From an uncultured Chloroflexia bacterium (GTDB lineage Bacteria > Chloroflexota > Anaerolineae > CG2-30-64-16), in assembly GCA_963810095.1 (NCBI GenBank), contig CAWEMM010000006.1:1472001-1536000 (forward strand): a stretch of 64,000 nucleotides of DNA, given 5' to 3'. This document shows, one piece after another, positions 52,297 through 64,000 of this stretch (the first letter of the stretch is position 1; each line of letters starts with the position of its first letter). The notes under the pieces are model-generated. The model ran no database searches, was not told the origin of the DNA, and saw only the letters and a program-made list of their open reading frames with translations. The position numbers were made by a program, and so were the translations under genes.

Positions 52297-52632
52297 CTAT
52301 TCGTCCCAGATGACCTCGGTCACCGAATACGCCGGCGCGCAGGTGACGACGAGCACGACGTCTTCGCCCATGTCGGCCCAGAGCTTGTGCCGCTGCTCCG
52401 GACGAATCACAATCGTGTCGCCGGGCGCGAGGTCTCGGGTCTCCCCGTCGATACGGATGTGCCCCCGCCCCGACTGCACGTAGTACACCTCGTCGGCCAC
52501 CGTGTGATGGTGGTCGACGGTCTCCATGCCCGCCGGGTGGATGATGATCGCCAGGCTGTGGCTGGTCAAGCCTGTGGTGCGCCCGGCCAATTCCCGAATC
52601 CGCGCGCCGTCCGGCCCTACAAACTCGTTCAT
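52297..52632 (-). CDS. Cupin domain protein
   Basis: HHHTVADEVYYVQSGRG...PGD...H. Confidence 0.88.
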   Translation of the reverse strand: MNEFVGPDGARIRELAGRTTGLTSHSLAIIIHPAGMETVDHHHTVADEVYYVQSGRGHIRIDGETRDLAPGDTIVIRPEQRHKLWADMGEDVVLVVTCAPAYSVTEVIWDE

Positions 52633-52645
52633 ATGCCCCCCCTTG

Positions 52646-52698
52646 AAGAGACCAGGTTTCGCCTCGGCCGAGCCGAGGGTCCAGAAACCTGGTTTCTT
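52646..52698. repeat. AGAAACC(T)GGTTTCT-family inverted repeat
   Basis: AAGAGACCAGGTTTC ... GAAACCTGGTTTCTT. Confidence 0.7.
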
Positions 52699-52755
52699 AT
52701 CCTTCCAGAGATCAGGAAGATCAGTTCAATCAGCTGGATCTGCGTCCAATCTATT

Positions 52756-54042
52756 TTACGACTTCACGCGGTTGATCTCCGCGCCGAGCGCCTTGAGCTT
52801 GAGGTCGATGTCCTGGTAGCCCCGGTCGATCTGCCCCACGTTGGCGATGGTGCTCGTGCCCTTGGCCGCCAGCGCCGCAATGAGCAGCGCCATGCCCGCC
52901 CGGATGTCGGGGCTCGACAGTTCCTGCCCGTACAGCGTCGACGGCCCCACGATTACGGCCCGGTGCGGGTCGCACAGGATGATCTTCGCGCCCATCCCAA
53001 TGAGTTTGTCCACGAAATACAGGCGGCTCTCGAACATCTTCTCATGCATGAGCACGGTGCCGCGCGCCTGGGTGGCCACGATGAGCGCGATGCTCATCAG
53101 GTCGGCGGGGAACTGGGGCCAGGGCGCATCGTCGATCTTGGGCACCGCGCCGCCCAGGTCCTCCCGGATGCACAGCTCTTGCTCGTCGGCCACGACCAGC
53201 GTGTCGCCTTCGATGCGCATCTGCACGCCGAGCCGCTCGCGGAAAGTCCAGTTGATCATGCGCATGTGGTCGGGGATGATGCCGTGAATGCGGATTTCAC
53301 CCCGGGTGACCGCGCCCAGCCCCAGAAAGCTGCCCACTTCGAGGTAATCGGGCGAAACGGTGAAGTCGCCCGAGCCGAGGTGCTCGACGCCCTGGATGGT
53401 GAGCGTGTTGCTGCCCACCCCCCCGATCTTTGCGCCGCAGCAGTTGAGCATGTTGCAGAGGTCTTGCACGTGGGGCTCGCACGCTGCGTTGCGGATGATC
53501 GTCTCGCCCTTCGCACACACCGCCGCCATCACCGCATTTTCGGTGCCCGTGACGCTGGCCTCGTCGAGCATAATGTCCGCGCCGTGCAGTCCGCCGTTCG
53601 AGGTCATAATGAAGTCTTTGTTGTTGAACTCGCACTTCGCGCCCAGCGCTTCGAGGGCCATGATGTGGGTATCGACCCGGCGCCGCCCGATGCGGTCGCC
53701 GCCTGGAATGGGGAGCACGGCCCGGCCGAACCGGCCGAGGAGCGGCCCGGCCAGCAGCATCGAGCCACGAATTTGCTGGAACAGCTCGGGGCGCAGGTGT
53801 CCGGCTTCTGCATTCTTCGCATAGAGCCGCACCGTGGTGCCCTGCTGGTTGACGCTGACGCCCATGTCGTTCAGCAGCAGGAGCATGGTCCCCACATCCC
53901 CGATGCGCGGCACGTTTCGCAGGACCACTTCGTCCTCGGTCAGCAGCACGGCAGCCAGCAATGGCAGCGCCGCGTTCTTGTTGCCCGCCGGCGTGACGTC
54001 GCCGGTCAGCCGGTGCCCACCCTCGATGATGAACGTCTCCAT
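52756..54042 (-). CDS. murA: UDP-N-acetylglucosamine 1-carboxyvinyltransferase (Asp-type)
   Basis: [41 protein letters not shown] and IDRGY. Confidence 0.95.
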   Translation of the reverse strand: METFIIEGGHRLTGDVTPAGNKNAALPLLAAVLLTEDEVVLRNVPRIGDVGTMLLLLNDMGVSVNQQGTTVRLYAKNAEAGHLRPELFQQIRGSMLLAGPLLGRFGRAVLPIPGGDRIGRRRVDTHIMALEALGAKCEFNNKDFIMTSNGGLHGADIMLDEASVTGTENAVMAAVCAKGETIIRNAACEPHVQDLCNMLNCCGAKIGGVGSNTLTIQGVEHLGSGDFTVSPDYLEVGSFLGLGAVTRGEIRIHGIIPDHMRMINWTFRERLGVQMRIEGDTLVVADEQELCIREDLGGAVPKIDDAPWPQFPADLMSIALIVATQARGTVLMHEKMFESRLYFVDKLIGMGAKIILCDPHRAVIVGPSTLYGQELSSPDIRAGMALLIAALAAKGTSTIANVGQIDRGYQDIDLKLKALGAEINRVKS

Positions 54043-54115
54043 CGCCAGCTCCTTTTGAGATGATCGGGCCGTGGGGGGTGGCCCGAGCTGCGCTCAGGCC
54101 GCGGACCCGTAAGGT

Positions 54116-54907
54116 CTATCGGGCGCGCAGCCGCACCGGCGCCCCCCGGCCCACCCCCAGCCGCTCGGCCGCACTGCCCTCGCGCACAGCGACTTCGGCC
54201 AGGCCGCCGCTGCTGATTAGCAGAAGTAATTCGCCGGGCGCCACGGCCGCGTAGGTCTCGCGGGGCCCGGCCACGACGGCGCCGCCAATTTCGCAGGTCC
54301 ACGCCGCACTTCCGAGCCATTCGCCCGGCACGTCGGTGATCAGGTTGCCGAAATGGTCTACGTGCAGGACGTGCCCGCGAATGTCCCCGTTCCCGTCGCG
54401 CGGGCTGTGCTCCACCCGCTCGGCCGGCTGAGTGGCGAGCACCACCGGATCCGAAATCGGGCTCGCCAGCTCCTCGGGCAGCATGCCCGCCGCCAGCCGG
54501 GCCGCGACCGGCGCGAAAATGTCGCGGCCGTGAAAGGTTCGGCCGGGCTCGGGCAGCCAGTGCTGCGGCCGGTCGAGCACCCAGGGCTGCGCGGCCGGCT
54601 GGTCAAGCACGAACGAGAAGAGTCCATTATCCGGGCCGACAAACGCGGCACGAGGGGTGGTGACGAGCAGGGGCCGCCGGGCGCTGCCCACGCCGGGGTC
54701 CACGACGGCCAAGTGTACGGCGCCCGGTGGAAAGTACGGGACGGCGATGCGGAGGGCGTAGGCCGCCGCCTCGATGTCTTGGGGCGGAATATCGTGAGTC
54801 AGGTCGACGAGGCGTGCTTCGGGCGCAATACCGAGGATGACCCCTTTCATGATGGCCACGTAGGGATCCCGAAGGCCAAAGTCACTGGTCAGCGTGATGA
54901 TGGTCAT
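54116..54907 (-). CDS. SAM hydroxide adenosyltransferase (DUF62; chlorinase/fluorinase family)
   Basis: ITLTSDFG, VVDPGVG, GPDNG, TFHGRDIFAP and DHFGN. Confidence 0.92.
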   Translation of the reverse strand: MTIITLTSDFGLRDPYVAIMKGVILGIAPEARLVDLTHDIPPQDIEAAAYALRIAVPYFPPGAVHLAVVDPGVGSARRPLLVTTPRAAFVGPDNGLFSFVLDQPAAQPWVLDRPQHWLPEPGRTFHGRDIFAPVAARLAAGMLPEELASPISDPVVLATQPAERVEHSPRDGNGDIRGHVLHVDHFGNLITDVPGEWLGSAAWTCEIGGAVVAGPRETYAAVAPGELLLLISSGGLAEVAVREGSAAERLGVGRGAPVRLRAR

Positions 54908-55042
54908 GGGTTAAACAGGATTATACCATTGCGTTTTTGGTTCGTCAATCCCCATTTTCTTGACATAAACCAAACATATGTGCTATCACTGAGCAGTAGA
55001 TGAACCGGGTCAAGTTTCGAGAAACAGCCAACTTATGGTAAA

Positions 55043-58175
<3,133 letters not shown>

Positions 58176-58183
58176 AAGAATGC

Positions 58184-58216
58184 CGGCGCCGAAGTGTCAC
58201 TTCGGCGCCGCTTTTT
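58184..58216 (+). terminator. Intrinsic terminator of gyrB
   Basis: CGGCGCCGAAGTG-T-CACTTCGGCGCCG-CTTTTT. Confidence 0.85.
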
Positions 58217-58251
58217 GTATAGAATTGTGGAGGCCAGTACCGGAACAGAGC

Positions 58252-59517
58252 CTACTGCCGCATCACGGCGGGCAGATAGATGCGCTGCACCTGGCCCTCC
58301 GCCGTCAGGTCGAAGTAGTCGAACTGGTACACCGTGACGCCCTGGAGGAAACGGTCGGTGGCGAAGATACCGCCAAAGACCCGGGTGCCCAGGGCCGGAT
58401 CGATCGCTCCTGCCTGGTTGAACAGCCCGGGCGGCACGGTCAGCGTCTTGAGTTCGACGAGCGCGCCGTCATTCAGGCCGTAGTAGGCCGTGACCGTCTG
58501 CTGCACGGGGTCGGCCCGCAGCCGCAACAGCACGGTCGCACCCGTCACCTGCAGTGTCCCGGTTACCACTTGCTGCTGCAGGATGCCGCCCCGCTCCTCC
58601 ATGAACTGCACGAGCGGCCCGCTCGGGTCGGAGATCAGGACCAGCTTAAGGTAGTTGTTGTCGTCGTTGCCATACCACAACCCCGCCTGTTCGAGGTTCC
58701 CGCTCATCGGCGGCAGGTTCACCAGCTTCGTCTCGAGAATGGAGACCTGGTTTGCTGCGTCGATTCCCACGCCCAGCGCGTTGTCCTGGTTGTTCTCGCC
58801 CAGGAACGCGATGCCCGCGGTCGTTGTGATGCTGAGCGTGCTCGCCACGGGGTTGACGACGAGGTTGGCGGGAATGTAACCTGTGCCCGGGCCCGTCGGC
58901 TTGTCCACCCACGTGAAGCCCGTCCCTACGCCGTTCTTGTCCACCAGCCCACCCCGGTCCCCGTCGAAGGTGAGGACATAGGGCGCCGTCACCTTGACCT
59001 GCGAGCAGTTGAGCGGCGTGCAATCGGCAAAAGGCGTCCCTGCCTGCGGCGCCGCTGCTGCCGGTTCGACCGACAGCTCGCGCCCGCCGTTCGACACCCG
59101 CACTCGGGCGGTGGTCAGCACCGTTCGCCCGTCAGCCAGATCGATTGCGGCGACCAGGGTATGCGGCCCGGCGGTCGACGCTTTCGCACCCAGCGCCCCC
59201 CATCCCGCCAGGTCGAACGGGGAGGCCGTGGCGACCGCGCCCGGCCGCCCGCCAAGGCTGCGCAGTTCGAGGTTGCGCGCACTCGGGTCCAGGTAATAAC
59301 GCACCTGGACGATGCCTTGCGAAGGTGCCACGAAGATCGCCTCGTCTGACGGCAGGACGCCGGCCCGGGCCAGGGGCGTGGCCCCGCCTCCCGCCGATTC
59401 GATCACCAATTCGTAATTCGTCGAACCTGCTCTGATAGGGGGCGTAGCACCGAGCCCACTTGGCGCGATCGTCGTTGCCAGCAGCACCACCACCAGCACT
59501 AAACCGGCTCTTCTCAT
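58252..59517 (-). CDS. Secreted protein with beta-sandwich (ConA-like) domain and C-terminal IYLP tail
   Basis: Signal peptide MRRAGLVLVVVLLA; EQAGLWYG..DNNYLKL; ends RIYLPAVMRQ. Confidence 0.75.
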   Translation of the reverse strand: MRRAGLVLVVVLLATTIAPSGLGATPPIRAGSTNYELVIESAGGGATPLARAGVLPSDEAIFVAPSQGIVQVRYYLDPSARNLELRSLGGRPGAVATASPFDLAGWGALGAKASTAGPHTLVAAIDLADGRTVLTTARVRVSNGGRELSVEPAAAAPQAGTPFADCTPLNCSQVKVTAPYVLTFDGDRGGLVDKNGVGTGFTWVDKPTGPGTGYIPANLVVNPVASTLSITTTAGIAFLGENNQDNALGVGIDAANQVSILETKLVNLPPMSGNLEQAGLWYGNDDNNYLKLVLISDPSGPLVQFMEERGGILQQQVVTGTLQVTGATVLLRLRADPVQQTVTAYYGLNDGALVELKTLTVPPGLFNQAGAIDPALGTRVFGGIFATDRFLQGVTVYQFDYFDLTAEGQVQRIYLPAVMRQ

Positions 59518-59768
59518 CTCGGCCTCTCCTACACGGCGAGCGTCGGACGAATGCGCGTTGTGCTGCGGGGATGAAGGAACAGTACGGGGCTCCCCTGACG
59601 ATGCGACGCCACCTGCTGGCATTCAACCATAAGAGTGCGCCGAATCCATCGGGCAGAATGTGCATTTCTGCCGTACTTTAGCCGTACTTCTGTCGCTGCC
59701 TCCCTTCCAGACCGTTGCACAGGTGCGCTGTGACCGGCCGGGGCGGACCATCCCACCCCGGCCATCGA

Positions 59769-60332
59769 CTACACCGCGTAGAACGGCGTCCAGTACGGGC
59801 CCAGCGCCAGGAAGCCGACCACGGCCTCATAGTCCGGGCTCAGCATCAAGGCCTGTACCAGCGCCTCCCAGCCCGCCACACCTGAGACGGGCGTGCCGCC
59901 GGCCTTCCGGCCGTAGTACTCAGCCTTCCCGGCGGCAGCGCCGCCGAAGACCACCGTCAGTTCCCAGCCCGGCCCCTCCAGCACGACGTAGGCGGCGAAG
60001 GTGCCCAGCTCAGCCGCGAACGGCCATTGAGCGGACGCCTCGGCCAGCGACTGGAACCCGCCGAGCAGCTCGCCCACCGTGACCTGCTTCAGCGAGACGA
60101 TCCGGCTGCGCCCCGGCCCTGCCGGCAGGAAGACCCGCCCGATCAGGTCCGGCAGGACCGTGTCGAAACCAAGGTCGCGCGGCGGCGCGAAGCGCTCTGC
60201 CCGCTGCCCCGCGACCAGGCCACTCGGTTCCCCGGGCGGGCGGTCCCACCCGAGGAGGAGCACCAGCCGCTGCCAGATAGCGAGGAACCAGGTCCCCAGC
60301 ATCTGGAACTCGGCGACGCGAATCATCAACAT
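59769..60332 (-). CDS. Hypothetical protein with N-terminal hydrophobic/amphipathic helix
   Basis: RBS GAGGAGG upstream of the ATG at 60332; 187-aa ORF. Confidence 0.65.
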   Translation of the reverse strand: MLMIRVAEFQMLGTWFLAIWQRLVLLLGWDRPPGEPSGLVAGQRAERFAPPRDLGFDTVLPDLIGRVFLPAGPGRSRIVSLKQVTVGELLGGFQSLAEASAQWPFAAELGTFAAYVVLEGPGWELTVVFGGAAAGKAEYYGRKAGGTPVSGVAGWEALVQALMLSPDYEAVVGFLALGPYWTPFYAV

Positions 60333-60387
60333 CTTGCACCCTCCTCTCTCGGGTCGCGCAATCTGTCCGGCGACGTGCCGGTTAACG

Positions 60388-60413
60388 AAAAAGGCCGCTA
60401 TTTCTAGCGGCCC
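60388..60413 (-). terminator. Terminator of leader unit 2
   Basis: GGCCGCTA-GAAA-TAGCGGCC-TTTTT. Confidence 0.8.
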
Positions 60414-60441
60414 GCGGACAGCAGAAGCGATGGAGGGATGA

Positions 60442-60603
60442 CTAACCTCCTCGCCTCTCTGGAGCCAGCAAAGCCGCGAGCGCTCGCATGCGGGGCAGTG
60501 TCGCGAGACACTGACCGGCATGGAACGATTTGCGATCTACGCTTTGGACGGTTGGGCGTGGGCCCAGCCACACGCTTGAGCCGTTGTAGATGCGAGCAAA
60601 CAC
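60442..60603 (-). CDS. Putative leader peptide 2 (53 aa)
   Basis: RBS GAAGGA, GTG start; MFARIYNG...RMRALAALLAPERRGG*; precedes a terminator. Confidence 0.5.
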   Translation of the reverse strand: MFARIYNGSSVWLGPRPTVQSVDRKSFHAGQCLATLPRMRALAALLAPERRGG

Positions 60604-60661
60604 GATATATTCCTTCACAGTCACCAGGCGCTGCCGTCAAGGCAGGCGTGATCGACGTAAT

Positions 60662-60690
60662 AAAAAGGCCGCTCTTCTTCGGAGCGGCCC
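60662..60690 (-). terminator. Terminator of leader unit 1
   Basis: GGCCGCTC-CGAAGAA-GAGCGGCC-TTTTT. Confidence 0.8.
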
Positions 60691-60715
60691 GCCATGGGTT
60701 CGTGTCGGGAGATGC

Positions 60716-60835
60716 TTATCTCCCACCTCCACGACCTTCACAGGCGGAGCCGCGGCCATACAGGTCCAGCGCCCTGACGATGGGTTTACCCGTCTGGGCG
60801 AGGAGAGGCTGTTGGCATGGATTCATCTGAAACAT
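60716..60835 (-). CDS. Putative leader peptide 1 (39 aa)
   Basis: MFQMNPCQQPLLAQTGKPIVRALDLYGRGSACEGRGGGR*; lies between a promoter and a terminator. Confidence 0.45.
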   Translation of the reverse strand: MFQMNPCQQPLLAQTGKPIVRALDLYGRGSACEGRGGGR

Positions 60836-60873
60836 CTGGCTGTTTTCCCTTGCTCTGTTGCGACTAGCTACCG

Positions 60874-60902
60874 CGTATACCACGACTCCTGCGCCTTGTC
60901 AA
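60874..60902 (-). promoter_or_regulatory. sigma70 promoter driving the tandem leader
   Basis: TTGACA (60902-60897), 17 bp spacer, extended -10 TGnTATACG. Confidence 0.65.
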
Positions 60903-61116
60903 AAGTAAGCAGCCTTCCAATTTGCTCGACCCTTTGCCTGCGCTGCGTCGAGCAGGATGCCGCGGCGGTCGAGGGCTTCCAAGCCGAACACACGCGAAAC
61001 TCGTTCCGATGTTGACGCGCCTCCCCCCGCCCCTTATACTACACAGGCTGGGGCGCAAATGGCCTCGGCCATTGTCGCGCCGGGCGGGCCACGCCACGCG
61101 TGTTCTCGAGGAAGAG

Positions 61117-62475
61117 TTGACTCAGAAATCGATCCGGCACATCGCCATGCTCAGCGTCCACACCTGTCCCCTCGCCACCCTCGGCGGTAAGGAGACCGGC
61201 GGCATGAATGTCTACGTCCGCGAGCTCGCGCGCGAGCTGGGCAACCGCGGCCTGGCAATCGACGTCTTCACGCGCTCGCAGGACGAGCGCATCAAGCGCA
61301 TCTCCACCCGCCTCGGCAATGCCGTGCGGGTCATCCACCTGCCCGCCGGCCCCGAGCGCCCCTACAACAAGAACGAGATCTACGGCCACCTGCCCGAGTT
61401 CGTCGACGGCATCCAGCGTTTCGCGGCGGCTGAAGGCGTCACCTACGACCTGCTCCACAGCCACTATTGGCTCTCGGGCCTGGCCGCCATGCAGTTGCAA
61501 AGGACGCCCGGCGCCGCCACCGGGGCACCCATCGTCCACATGTTTCACACCCTGGCCGAGCTCAAGAACCGGGTCGCCACCAGCGCCGCGGAGTTGGAGC
61601 CCCCGCTGCGCAGCGACTGCGAGGGCGACATCATGCAGGCCGCCAACGTCCTGGTCGCCGCGACCACGCTCGAACGCGAGCAGATGGCCGCCTACTACGG
61701 CGCGGACCCGGCCAAGGTTCAGATCATCCCCCCCGGCGTCGATCTCGACCTGTTCCGCCCGCTGCCGTGTGACGAAGCCCGGCGGGCGGTGGGCATTCCT
61801 AACGACCACCACATGATCCTCTTCGTCGGGCGCATCCAGGCGATCAAGGGCATCGACACCCTCATCCGGGCAATGGCCGAACTGGTCAGCAAGCGGCCGC
61901 ACCTGAAGGGCAAGCTGGCGCTCACCATCATCGGGGGGGCCGACGCGGGCTCGGCCACCGCGCCCGCCACCGACGGCGAGCTTGCCCGCCTCCAGGCGCT
62001 CGAGCAGGACCTCGGCATCGACGACGTGGTCACCTTTCTCGGCTCGCGCGACCAGGATACCCTCGTCAATTACTACAACGCAGCGTCCATGGTCGTGGTC
62101 CCGTCGCACTACGAGTCGTTCGGCATGGTGGCGCTCGAGTCGATGGCGTGCGGCACTCCCGTCATTGCCTCCGATGTCGGCGGGCTTTCGCTCAACGTGG
62201 CCGATGGGTTCAACGGCTACCTCGTGCCCAAGGGCGACGTGGACGAGCTGGCCTACAAGATGGAGCTGATGCTCGAACACGACCAGCTGCGCGCGCAGCT
62301 CGGCACGCAGGCGTGCCAGTGGGCCCAGCGCTTCTCCTGGCAGACCATCGCGGACGAAACGCTCGCCGTCTACGCCCGGGCGCTCGGCCGTCCCGAGTCC
62401 GACCTCGCCGCCTATATGTCCGTGGCCCGCGGCGGCGACATGCTCTTGCCCCAGGTCGAGCGCGCATGTCCGTGA
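61117..62475 (+). CDS. MshA-like GT4 glycosyltransferase
   Basis: SVHTCPL...GGMNVYV, HSHYWLSG, HMFHTL, FVGRIQAIKG and ESFGMVALE. Confidence 0.88.
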   Translation: MTQKSIRHIAMLSVHTCPLATLGGKETGGMNVYVRELARELGNRGLAIDVFTRSQDERIKRISTRLGNAVRVIHLPAGPERPYNKNEIYGHLPEFVDGIQRFAAAEGVTYDLLHSHYWLSGLAAMQLQRTPGAATGAPIVHMFHTLAELKNRVATSAAELEPPLRSDCEGDIMQAANVLVAATTLEREQMAAYYGADPAKVQIIPPGVDLDLFRPLPCDEARRAVGIPNDHHMILFVGRIQAIKGIDTLIRAMAELVSKRPHLKGKLALTIIGGADAGSATAPATDGELARLQALEQDLGIDDVVTFLGSRDQDTLVNYYNAASMVVVPSHYESFGMVALESMACGTPVIASDVGGLSLNVADGFNGYLVPKGDVDELAYKMELMLEHDQLRAQLGTQACQWAQRFSWQTIADETLAVYARALGRPESDLAAYMSVARGGDMLLPQVERACP

Positions 62476-63104
62476 AACAAAGCCCCCAACTGCGGGCGAT
62501 CATCTTCGATTTCGGCGGCGTGCTCGTGCGCACGCGCAGCCAGCACCGGCGCGCCGCCTGGGAGCAGCGCCTCGGCCTGGCACCCGGCGGCGCAGAAGCG
62601 TTAGTTTTCGGCGGCGAGCGGGGCCACGCGGTCCAGCACGGCCGCACGACCGACGAGGCGCACTGGCAGTGGCTGGGCGAGCACCTGGGGCTGGGCGCGG
62701 AAGACCTCGACGCCTTGCGGGCCGATTTCTTTGCGGAGGACGTCCTCGACACGGAGCTGCTGGCCTACGTCGACCGGCTGCGAGCGGCGGGCTTGCACGT
62801 GGGCCTGCTCAGCAACGTGGGCGACAACGGCCGGGCAGTCTTTCGCGAGAAGTACGGGGTGCTCGACCACTTCGACAGCGTCACGACCTCGGCGGAGGAA
62901 GGCGTGATGAAGCCCGATCCCCGCATCTTCCGGATTGCGCTCGAACGGGCGGGGGTGCAGCCCGGTGAGGCCGTGTTCGTGGACGACTTCGTTGCCAATG
63001 TCGAGGGCGCGCGGCGCGTCGGGATGCTGGCGGTCCACTTCCGCACGCCCGAGCAGGCGGTGGCCGAGTTGGCAGAGCTGACCGGGGTCACGCCGGAAGG
63101 ATGA
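62466..63104 (+). CDS. HAD-superfamily phosphatase (YihX-like)
   Basis: IIFDFGGV, LLSN, KPDPRIF and FVDD...N. Confidence 0.9.
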   Translation: MSVKQSPQLRAIIFDFGGVLVRTRSQHRRAAWEQRLGLAPGGAEALVFGGERGHAVQHGRTTDEAHWQWLGEHLGLGAEDLDALRADFFAEDVLDTELLAYVDRLRAAGLHVGLLSNVGDNGRAVFREKYGVLDHFDSVTTSAEEGVMKPDPRIFRIALERAGVQPGEAVFVDDFVANVEGARRVGMLAVHFRTPEQAVAELAELTGVTPEG

Positions 63105-63230
63105 AAATTTATCCGAAAATGGTCTGGCTGCGTCGGAGATCGGCCAGACGGGGCACGGTCAGAGACCGGCCCCAGCTAATTCTCGGAGAGATGCTAAACC
63201 AGTCGCAAAGGGCGGTATCAACTTAGGCCG

Positions 63231-63379
63231 AATGACTGTTTGCGGGGGCGCTCTTGCCCCCGCCGCCCCCGACCAGGGGCTGCGCCCCTTGGAACCCCAA
63301 AGGCAACGCTCTGGGTAGATGTTCGCCCGGCGAAGCTATCGTATGGGGGATGAGGCAGCGGCGGCAGGAACCATGTGCG
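63231..63379. repeat. ~150-bp dispersed element, copy 2
   Basis: Colinear with 29373-29523. Confidence 0.85.
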
Positions 63380-63476
63380 CGTTTGACGCTCCTTGTGTGA
63401 AATAGGACCTTGCTGCAACTGATTGAACTGATCTGCACGGTCCTTTAGGTAAAGATCGTCATGCGCGGCGATCCGT

Positions 63477-64000
63477 CTACTCGATGGCTTCTTCAGCCGG
63501 CACGCCGCCCGGGTCACTCTGTTCTCGCCTGTGCGCGGCACCGCTGCCGTTGTAACCGGGCAGGGGCAGCCCGGCCTCGAACGCCTTTGTTGCCTCGACG
63601 ACGTCGCCGGCCTTGTTGGCGGCAAATGCTTCGGCGTGTGCTTCAGCCGTGCCGTTCTCCGGGATCAGCTCGGGCGAGAGATCCCAGACCTCTTCCTCCT
63701 CGGGGGCGCCCGCTTCCGACGGGGCCGGCTGGCCGTTCAGCAGCCACCCTTCCATCTCCCGCAGCTCGACGTTGAAGTTCTCGGCGATGCTGAGCGGGTC
63801 GGGCACGAGGCAGGCGTCGGTCATGATGCCGACCGTGACTGTGCCCGCGTAGCTCATGATGCTGATGCCCATGCCCGTGTTGCCGTAGACCGGCACCCAG
63901 AACATGAGGTTGTCGAGGCGGCTGCCGGCCATGTAGAGGGGCTGGCGCGGGCCGGGCACGTTGGTCATCACGGCCGACGTCTTCGACACGAAGAAGTCTT
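63477..64000 (-). CDS. WS/DGAT wax ester/triacylglycerol synthase, C-terminal part (5' end outside window)
   Basis: TNVPGP..PLYMAG, WVP, GISIMSYAG and D..LVPDP. Confidence 0.85.
   Translation of the reverse strand, partial: DFFVSKTSAVMTNVPGPRQPLYMAGSRLDNLMFWVPVYGNTGMGISIMSYAGTVTVGIMTDACLVPDPLSIAENFNVELREMEGWLLNGQPAPSEAGAPEEEEVWDLSPELIPENGTAEAHAEAFAANKAGDVVEATKAFEAGLPLPGYNGSGAAHRREQSDPGGVPAEEAIE

Noticed and set aside
54116-54907. Fluorinase/chlorinase
   Set aside because: Housekeeping context and DUF62-type motifs favour the common SAM hydrolase
60660-60870. Known ncRNA (6S, T-box, ZTP or c-di-AMP riboswitch, HDV-like ribozyme)
   Set aside because: Only fragments resemble these (e.g. CTCCTCGC); the required conserved cores and pairings were not found by eye

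Overview
High-GC bacterial chromosomal window, most likely Chloroflexota (Anaerolineae/Caldilineae-like). This is inferred from a GAAC-N4-GTTC LexA box, a C-terminal 'YLP' secreted-protein tail, and the protein repertoire. A perfect parS site and gyrB suggest it lies near the origin. The first 5.7 kb is riddled with single-base indels, probably a low-coverage long-read consensus. Stitched back together it encodes a three-gene module: an M29/NicX-like metallopeptidase with a winged-helix tail, an intact STAND ATPase, and a degenerate-STAND-GAF-GAF-PP2C phosphatase. Next come an IS481 element with an IS1182 nested inside it and a 4x lamin-tail-domain surface protein. The rest is mostly housekeeping: rpoD, infA, rpsU, moxR-rsmI-DUF58-DUF4129, lexA-mpg, murJ, a 2-oxoacid oxidoreductase, ppx, rarA, yciH, rsfS, ndk, GNAT-menC, queG, menG-ubiX, murA, gyrB and an mshA-like GT with a HAD phosphatase. 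A rifamycin phosphotransferase is also present. Non-coding highlights are a tandem pair of leader-peptide/antiterminator/terminator units (60388-60902), a REP-like palindromic repeat family confined to convergent intergenic gaps (including a 5-unit tandem array), several other palindrome families, and an unannotated 47-aa membrane-peptide gene. No tRNA, rRNA or CRISPR array was found. All family assignments come from motif recognition; no database search was run.
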